A DNA stretch of 64,000 bases from contig OZ024743.1 in assembly GCA_964016885.1 (NCBI GenBank), forward strand, positions 39,494,001 to 39,558,000, given 5' to 3'. Below, one piece after another: positions 55,034-64,000 of the stretch. The stretch is from Eledone cirrhosa (lineage: Eukaryota). The stretch's first letter is position 1. Each line of letters begins with the position of its first letter. Position numbers and translations under genes: made by a program. Under the pieces are notes generated by a model. The model had not been told where the DNA came from and did not search any database. It saw only the letters and a program-made list of their open reading frames with translations.

Positions 55034-57110
55034 AGTTGCATTTATCTTGCTTTATGTTCATACGAGTTATCACCAAGTCACAACCAGTGACATCAAGAGA
55101 CAACAAGGTCCGCCATGTTCAAAAAAGAACATACATACTCACACATGCATCTTTAGTGTTTAGACTTGTGATGTACTTATATTGACATAATCTTCCTTAG
55201 TATAAGGGCAGTTCCCATTAGTACTATCTATTGTATTTCTCCTATACGCGGGTTTCCTGGGATTTGCGATAAGTAAACATTAGACCCCTTAGGTATCATT
55301 CCCAGAGCGCCCACAACCACTGGTATTGTTTTAGTTCTCAATTTCCACATTTTTCCAATTTCTATCTCCAGGTCCTTATACTTGCTCAATTTTTCAAATG
55401 TTTTTATAGATACATTCTTGTCTATTGGAACGGACATATCAATTAGCAGGCATACCCTCTTTTTAAAGTCCTTCAATATTATATCAGGTCTAGTTGCATC
55501 TATTTTTCGGTCTGTTTGGATGCTAAAGTTCCACAAGATTGAGATGTGATCTTTTTCAAGTATGGGAGGTGGTTGATGCTCCCACCAATTCTTTTGATGG
55601 GGCAGGTCAAAATGCTTACACATTATCCAATGTATGTATTGTGCAGCTCTGTCATGCCTGTTTAGGTATTCGGTTGGAGCTATAGGACTGCACATTGAAA
55701 TTATATGGTCAATGGTCTCTGGGTGTTTTTTGCACACACGGCATAATGGGCTGCATCCATTTTTTATTATGTTGGCTTGGTAATTTTTTGTTGGCAGACA
55801 CTGATCTTGTGCTGATATAATCAGTCCTTCTGTCTCCGATTTCAGTCCAGAGGATGCCAACCACTGATGGGTTAAAGTTTTGTCAACATCAGGATTGTTA
55901 GCTCGCTCTGGGTATTTTCCATACAGAGGCTTTTCTTGCCATTTCTTAGCCAGTTTCTGTAGCAGTTCTTTCTTTGCAGTTACTTTTACCTGCTTTGCTT
56001 TTTCTGTGTTTTCCATTTCAGCAGTAAATGGGACTTCTGAAATATGTAGTCCATTACTGTATCTTTGTGCATCTTTTGTAATGGAATATGATCTTTTGAT
56101 GCTTTCGTGTTTCAAAACGAGTTTGATCATCCAAGCGTGTGATTCCCTTAGATATGTAGATAATCCAATTGTTGCAGTTTTCAACGCAATGTCTAACTGG
56201 ACTAACCCACGTCCTCCTTCTTTCCTAGGGAGATCTATTCTATCTATATCTGCCTTAGGGTGATGCATTCTGTGCATGGTTAAGAATTTTCGAATTTTTG
56301 TATCGAGCCTATGGATCTCTGTGCTTGACCAGTTGATGACATTGTAACTGTAGGTTACTACTGGTATGGCAAGCGTGTTTATGGCGTCGATCCTATTCCT
56401 TGCATTCAATTCCGTTCTTAAGATTGCTCTTACTCTGCGGTAACATTCCTTCCTTATCCTTTCCCTCATTGTCGAGTGCTTGATTCCGTCTCCTTCTCAA
56501 ACACCTAGATATTTGTAAGTTTTTTCTTGATCAAGTTCTCTTATCACGTTCCCCCGATCAAGATTAATGTCTGAACTCTTCAGCAGCTTTCCTCTGATGA
56601 ACGTTGCTTTGGCGCATTTATCTGGTCCAAACTCCATTTTAATGTCATCACTGAACTGCTCCACAGTGGATAATAGCCCTTGCAATTGTTCATCATTTTT
56701 TGCAAATAGTTTCAGATCATCCATGTAGAACAAGTGATTAATGGTTTTGTCATAGACTTTATATCCATGTTTTGTTTCATTGAGCATTTTACTTAATGGT
56801 ATAAGTGCGATGCAGAATAAAAGCGGTGATAAAGAGTCACCCTGAAAAATTCCACAATTAATATTAACTTCTCCAGCTTCCAGTGATTTTGTTTCACTAT
56901 TCAAAAAGAATGTCGTTTTCCATGTCATCATACTGAACGACAAAACCTCCTGACAACGGGAGATATTTTGAAAATCTCTAAACATTTTTCAATCCAACTG
57001 TGTGGCAAACTATCCAATGCTTTTTTATAATCTATCCAAGCAATCGATAGATTTTTGTGTCTATTATGACAATCTTCCAGTATCATTTTGTTAACCAGAA
57101 GCTGATCCTT
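55032..57110 (-). mobile_element. 5'-truncated R4/Dong family B
   Basis: Contains [39 protein letters not shown], and a 413-aa ORF with CCHC and RPD..D.SVP..KY.DL. Same 3'UTR as 2736-2880. Confidence 0.94.
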
Positions 57111-57112
57111 AA

Positions 57113-57164
<52 letters not shown>

Positions 57165-57185
57165 AATATTATTATTATTATTATT
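57111..57185. repeat. (TTA)n spacer
   Basis: Read directly. Confidence 0.97.
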
Positions 57186-60100
57186 CTTTTGAGTCTCAGT
57201 CATTGATGTTAGTTAACTGGAAAGTCTGTTGAAATGAATATCAAGCCACTATCTGCAGCCTCAGATATTCAGGACGTATCGGAGGCTTCTTGCTGTCCCC
57301 GCAAGCATGCTTTTTCAAGTGTTCCAAAAAGCGTGAAGGGGCCAATTTTCTTTAACCATCCCTGGAAACTTTTTGAGATAGTACCTAGTGCGCCTATGAC
57401 AATCGGGATCACTTTGACTTCATGGCAGTTCCAAATCCGTTTTACCCCCCACTTTAAGTTCTGCTATCGGTTAATTTTCTCCCTCTCCTTCTTTTGCACT
57501 CTCGTGTCGAATTGGCAGGCCACATCCACGATCAGGCACGATCTTTTTTCTTTGTCCACAACCACCAGGTCAGGTCTATTGTGTTCCAGTTTCTTGTCCG
57601 TCTCTATCCTAAAATCCCACAGCACCTTCACCTGATCGTTTTCTATCACCGCCTCTGACTTATGCTCATACCACTTCTCAGAATGTGGTAAATTGTTTAC
57701 TTTGCATAGGTGCCAGTGGATCACCCTGCGGATCACATCATGCCTCCAGCCCTTATAGTGAGTCTGGGCTAGGTGTTTACACTCGGATACAATGTGAGCC
57801 ACAGTCTCCTCTCTCTCTCCACATATCCTGCACAGTGGGCTAGCCTCCTCCTTGTAAATATGGTGTTTCAACCACTTCGTTTTGACGGCCTGCTCCTGCG
57901 TATCCATTAACATTCCTTCTGTAACCTTTTTAAGGTCTCCTCTTTTCAACCAGTTCCATGTCTGTGGATCTCTAAATTCAGTTTTCTCAAAGAAGGTACT
58001 ATGAAGGGATTTTTCCTGAAGGCTGCTCTTTCTCCTTGATGTTATTTCCTCCTTGGACATCCCCTGGCCTATTGTCACCTCCTTCAGTACAGTTCTGAGC
58101 ATTGGCTCCTTACTATCAGTCACGTATTTGTGTAGGTTGTTTTTCTCCATCTGAACACAGTCCTCTATGCTGATAAGACCTCTTCCACCTTTAGAAATCT
58201 TTAAATAGAGTCGATCGACATCACTCCTCTTGTGGAACATGTTGTAGATAGTCAATAGCTTCCTAGTCTTCCTATCCATTTCTTTTTGTTCAGCAACATT
58301 CCATCTCAGAATTCCCGCACTGTACCTAATAATAGACACAGCTCGGGAATTTACTATGCTTATGGCATTCCTACTGTTCAGATGTGACTTTAATACGCTC
58401 CTTACTCTCCGAAGGTATTCAGTTCTTATCAATTCCTTCATTTTTTTTCTTGATGTCATCAGCCTCCAGAACGCCCAAATACATGTATCCTTCTACAGAG
58501 TCAATTTCCTATGTCATCTCACCTGTTGGTACCTGGATTCCGTTATTCTGCTCATCTTACCCCTCTTCATCACAATGTCTCCACACTTACTAATACCAAA
58601 TTGCATACATATATCATTGCTGAAAATACGGACAGTGTCAACAAGCACACCCAACTCCTTCTCACTCTTCCCGAAGAGCTTAAAATCGTCCATGAAGAGG
58701 AGGTGATTGATGGTAAGCCCTCCCTGTCCCAACCTGTATCCTGCTCTCACTTTTCGCAGTACACTGGTCAGGGGCATCAGGGCAAGGACAAACAACATAG
58801 GAGACAGACTATCTCCTTGGAAGATACCTCTCTTGATCTTCACGCTTCCCAAGGATTCTCCAGTTGATATTAACTCTGTTTCCCAGAACTTCAAACTTGT
58901 GCCCAACAACTGTCTGATGTTATCTGCCACCTTGAAGATGTCCAGGCTTTTGGTGATCCAAGAATGAGTCACCATGTCAAATGCCTTTTTGTAGTATATC
59001 CATCCCATGGCAAGACCAGTGTGTCTCCTCTTGCAATTCCTCATTACCATCTTATCAATAAGTAACTGGTCCTTTGTACCACGTGACATCTTTCGGCATC
59101 CTTTCTATTCGTCCAGTAACAAGTCGTTTGTGTGGACGTGATGGTAGATTTCCTCAGACATAATACGTGTCAACAGTTTCCACATTACGGACAGACATGT
59201 GATAGGTCTATAGTTGCTAACATCATTACCCTTGATTCGGTCTTTCATTATCAGAACTGTGGTACCTTTTATCAACCACTCTGGTACCTCACCTGACATC
59301 AAGCAGTCATTGAACATGGTTGTCAGTTTCGGGTGGAGGGATGTTATATTTTTAATCCAATACCCCTGCACACTATCTGGGCCTGGTGATTTCCTGTTGG
59401 TTAGTTTTTTGGCCTGCCCCTTAAGAGTTTCAACTGTGATACTCAAATCAGTTTGTTGGTGTGCCTGTTCACTAATCTCCTTCTGTCCTGTCTCAATACA
59501 CTGCCTGTTCATTATGTTTAACATCCTGCTCCCATATTCCTCTCCAGAATGTTTTAGTTTGTTCCGCCTCAGGGATCATGTCGTTGCCTCTTTCATTCCC
59601 TTCAAGCTGTCCAAACAGCATCTTCTGGTTTTTGTGGAACATGCGGTTCTGTCTATACTGACTGACTCTGTTCTCTTATCGCCTGATTTGTGCACTCTTT
59701 GCTACAATGCGTTGCTTCAGTTCCTCTATGATAATATTTAGCTTTTTCCTCCTAGTTTTGTACTTTATTTCCAGTCGATTGTTAGTGTTTATGTTTTTTA
59801 GTGTCCCATTCAGTAGGGACTCAAGCTTTCCAATGTCATTTCTCATTTCCCTGATTTGACCACTCAGTCGTTTTAACACCAAGGCTCTGCTCTTTTTTGT
59901 CTGCTGTTTCCTCTCGCTTTTATACCAAGTAGTTTCCTCACCGTATTTGCTGTTGCTTTGAGGATATTGTTGCACTGGTGAAGGCTCCTCTCCTCAAGGT
60001 ATGGGATGACTTTGTTTACCTTAGCTGTTGTTTCTTTTAACTTTTTCCTGTCTACAAATCTTAGGTTCATAGGTCTCCCACTATCATTGTTAAATTCATC

Positions 60101-62130
60101 TACCTCTATGTTTAGGATATCAACCAAATCTTGTCCTCGCCCGTCAGCATTCATCTCCTCAGTGGCCGTATCTCTGTTCCAGGTATTATTTATCTCAGCA
60201 TTCAGATCATTGTCTGCTTCGGGTCGTTCCACCGTTCTCTCGACCTCTTCACCTTCATTTCCCACTGGCTCGTTTGTTTGGCATACTCCACTCTCCATCT
60301 CCAAGCTAATCTTTCTGCTCAGTTCCTCCAGTTCCAGCTCGCTTATCCACCCATTAGTCCTTATTACCCGAGCCTGCCCGGCCAATTTTTGTTCATCTAA
60401 TTTAAATAGACCAATCTCGTTCCAGATGTTATGCATCAGTTTCCTATAGCCTTTCTCCTTGGGGTTTCTCTTCAGGTAACATTGCATAGCAGTTCTATTC
60501 AATTCTTTCGTCCAGTTGGTTCTGGTCCCTTTCCCTCTTCTTCTTCCTCCGACACCAGCAGTATTTGGTTGACAGCCAGGTCCCTGCTGCTGAGCCAGGG
60601 AGCACCTGTTGGGTGAGAGTCTGTCACATGACATTCTAGTCTCCATTTCACCGTTATTCGAACTGTTTAGGTTCGACATTTAAACACTCTTATCGAGGAT
60701 TGGCCAATGTATGGTTACATATCCACCGGTGAATTCATCGCCTCCGGTAGTTTCGTCACTCCACGTGATTTTTGTGTGGCATTATCACGCTGTAGACGAA
60801 CATAAATAAACAAACAAACAAACAGGCAAAAAAGGCAAAAAAAAAAAAAAAATGAATAAGCATAAGTTTCATTGTAATGTAGTGTTTGAATTTCTGACTT
60901 AGTTTTTCCCTTCCCTTCTCTGTCCGTCTGTTTGTTTTACTCTTCATTTTTATTTTCTTTACGTTTTTCGTTGTTGCTGTGCTGCTTTGATTCTGATTTT
61001 TGTTTGTTTTATTTTGACCGGGTCATCAATTCAGTATATTTATATATTTTGATGCCTTCCTCTTTAAGTGGGGATTCTACAATGTAGCAGGGGGTAGCGG
61101 GAGAGAATAGCTGCGGTAGTGATAATGAGGCAGTGGTGGTGGTGGTGGTGGGGGTGCTGTGCTAGCAGCAACTAGCAGGAGGTAGTGGGAGAGAATAACG
61201 GCGGTAGTGATAATGAGGCAGTGGTGGTGGTGTTGTGATCGTATTACTGTAGAGATGGTGTTGAAGTTGGAGTAGAAATAGCGGTTGAGTCGACTTGACC
61301 AGAGTTTTCATCGTGGTATTGGTGGTGGTGTTGGTGGTGAAATTATCTTTAGTTATTTAGTCATTTTGTCATTTTCCTCCTTTTCGACTCCAACATTCCT
61401 GATCCAAAATTAAATATTAATCTTGTTTATAAGTATTGTCTAGTGTGACCACCATCTTCCCCTTTCGTAAGTTAACAGAAGGTAAGGGGGATAGCGGTGG
61501 TAGCAATGAAGGAGTGGTGGCGGCGGTGATGGGATAGTGGTAGTAATGATGGATGGGCGGCGGTGGCGGTAACTGTAGTGATGGCGTTGTCGTTACTGAG
61601 TTTTGTTGAATAGGCTGTATTTTTGTTTGATCGGTGAATCTATGGGGTTATTCGCGGATATGTGTTGACATATTTTTTTGATATTGGAATTAAACATTTT
61701 GTTAAAATATGAGACAATAATAATAGTAATTGTTATTATTATGCTGAGATTGGTGGTGGTGGTGGTGAAATTGCCGTTATCTGGCTATTGTGTTTTGTGT
61801 ACAAAGAGGGTGATGGTGTAGGTGGTGTATCTAGTTTCTGGTATTGGTGAAATTGCTGTTATTTGGCTGTTCTATATAGTGTAGACAGAGGGGTTTTTCT
61901 TCCATTTATAACCATTTTCTTTTTGAATATAAAATGTATAATACAAAATTGAATATTTGAGCGATATAACCGTATATTATGGATCCGAATTTTTTGAGAC
62001 TTAAGCCGGATGCTTTATGTATCATTTGTACTAAGAATTGTTATTTCACAATTGATTTAAATATGTTAAAAATCAAAACTTACGGGAGCGATTTCACGAC
62101 CTTCTATCCAACATGTGCGCCTTCTTCCCT
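57186..62130 (-). mobile_element. Apparently full-length (~4.9 kb) R4/Dong family A with ~1.4 kb 5' leader; ORF disrupted
   Basis: ORF pieces from 60679 to ~57260 are colinear with 3034-6424. Bounded by (TTA)n at both ends. Confidence 0.9.
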
Positions 62131-62149
62131 TATTATTATTATTATTATT

Positions 62150-63965
62150 ATAGTTGCATTTATCTTGCTTTATGTTCATACGAGTTATTACCAAGTCACA
62201 ACCAGAGACCTCAAGAGACAACAAGGTCCGCCATGTTCAAGAAAGAACATACATACTCACACATGCATGTTTAGTGTTTAGACTTGTGATGTACTTATAT
62301 TGACAGAATCTTCCTTAGTATATGGGCAGTTCCCATTAGTACTATCTTTTGTATTTCTCCTATACGCGGTTTTCATGGGATTTGCGATAAGTAATCATTA
62401 GACCCCTTAGGTATCATTCCCAGGGCGCCTACAACCACTGGTATTGTTTTAGTTCTCAATTTCCACATTTTTCCAATTCCGACCTCCAGGTCCTTATACT
62501 TGCTCAATTTTTCAAATGTTTTTATAGATACATTCTTGTCTATTGGAACAGACATATCAATTAGCAGGCATACCCTCTTTTTAAAGTCCTTCATTATTAT
62601 ATCAGGTCTATTTGCATCTATTTTTCGGTCTGTTTGGATACTAAAGTTCCACAAGATTGAGATGTGATCTTTTTCAAGTATGGGAGGTGGTTGATGCTCC
62701 CACCAATTCTTTTGATGGGGCAGGTCAAAATGCTTACACATTATCCAATGTATGTATTGTGCAGCTCTGTCATGCCTGTTTAGGTATTCGGTTGGAGCTA
62801 TAGGACTGCACATTGAAATTATATGGTCAATGGTCTCTGGTTGTTTTTTGCATACACGGCATAATGGGCTGCATCCATTTTTTATTATGTTGGCTTGGTA
62901 ATTTTTTGCTGGCAGACACTGATATTGTGCTGATATAATCAGTCCTTCAATCTCCGATTTCAGTCCAGAGGATGCCAACCACTGATGGGTTAAAGTTTTG
63001 TCAACATCAGGATTGTTAGCTCGCTCTGGGTATTTTCCATACAGAGGCTTTTCTTGCCATTTCTTAGCCAGTTTCTGTAGCAGTTATTTCTTTGCAGTTA
63101 CTTTTACCTGCTTTGTTTTTCTGTGTTTTCCATTTCAGCAGTAAATGGGATTTCTGAAATTTGTAGTCCATTACTGTATCTTTGTGCATCTTTTGTAATG
63201 GAATATGATATTTTGATGCTATCGTGTTTCAATACGAGTTTGATCATCCAATCATGTGATTCCCTTAGATATGTAGATAATCCAATTGTTGCAGTTTTCA
63301 ACGCAATGTCTAACTGGCTTAACCCTCGTCCTCCTTCTTTCCTAGGGAGATATATTCTATCTATATCTACCTTAGGGTGATGCATTCTGTGCATGGTTAA
63401 GAACTTTCGAATTTTTGTATCGAGCCTACGGATCTCTGTGCTTGACCAGTTGATGACATTGTAACTGTAGGTTACTACTGGTATGGTAAGCGTGTTTATG
63501 GCATCGATCCTATTCCTTGCATTCAATTCCGTTCTTAAGATTGCTCTTACTCTGCGGTAACATTCCTTCCTTATCCTTTCCCTCATTGTCGAGTGCTTGA
63601 TTCCGTCTCCTTCACAAACACCTAGATATTTGTAAGTTTGTTCTTGATCAAGTTCTCTTATCACGTTCCCCCGATCAAGATTAATGTCTGAACTCTTCAG
63701 CAGCTTTCTTCTGGTGAACGTTGCTTTGGCGCATTTATCTAGTCCAAACTCCATTTTAATGTAATCACTGAACTGCTCCACAGTGGATAATAGCCCTTGC
63801 AATTGTTCATCATTTTTTGCAAATAGTTTCAGGTCATCCATGTAGAACAGGTGATTAATAGTTTTGTCATAGACTCTATATCCATGTTTTGTTTCATTGA
63901 GCATTTTACTTAATGGTATAAGTGCGATGCAGAATAAAAGCGGTGATAAAGAGTCACCCTGAAAA
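62150..63965 (-). mobile_element. 5'-truncated R4/Dong family B
   Basis: ORFs 63104-63904 and 62373-62978 are nearly identical to the other B copies. (TTA)n on both sides. Confidence 0.94.
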
Positions 63966-63992
63966 ATTATTATTATTATTATTATTATTATT

Positions 63993-64000
63993 ACAGTTGC
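63993..64000 (-). mobile_element. 3' tip of a further family B copy continuing beyond the window
   Basis: (TTA)n-ACAGTTGC, identical to the junction at 55032. Confidence 0.6.

Noticed and set aside
60680-60800. HDV-like ribozyme at the Dong 5' end, as found in R2 elements
   Set aside because: No nested double pseudoknot could be identified by eye; a descriptor search would be needed.

Overview
Eukaryotic, AT-rich, repeat-saturated DNA with no identifiable intact host gene. The tRNA-derived SINE family, the TA/AAT/CA microsatellite load and the transposon mix suggest an invertebrate, probably a cephalopod such as Octopus (inference). Both ends of the window hold head-to-tail arrays of two families (here A and B) of R4/Dong-clade non-LTR retrotransposons encoding RT, a CCHC knuckle and a restriction-like endonuclease. 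Each copy abuts a (TAA)n tract. The left array (about 0.7-11.9 kb) is on + and the right array (about 55-64 kb) is on -. The middle holds decayed L1/Tx1-like, RTE and Helitron elements, many SINEs, and numerous Penelope-like (RT/GIY-YIG) pieces sitting in (TA)n, several as inverted pseudo-LTR pairs. The most notable signals are: (1) at least six families of type I hammerhead-ribozyme-like motifs, including U3-A8 compensatory cores, a long UUCG-capped stem II with covariation, and GAAC-core variants; (2) a ~0.9 kb non-coding element with a conserved structured 5' domain and a 3' hammerhead; (3) a Dong family that appears to carry a captured L1-like 5' leader; and (4) an A/B chimera joined at a microhomology. 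Boundaries were read by eye and are approximate.
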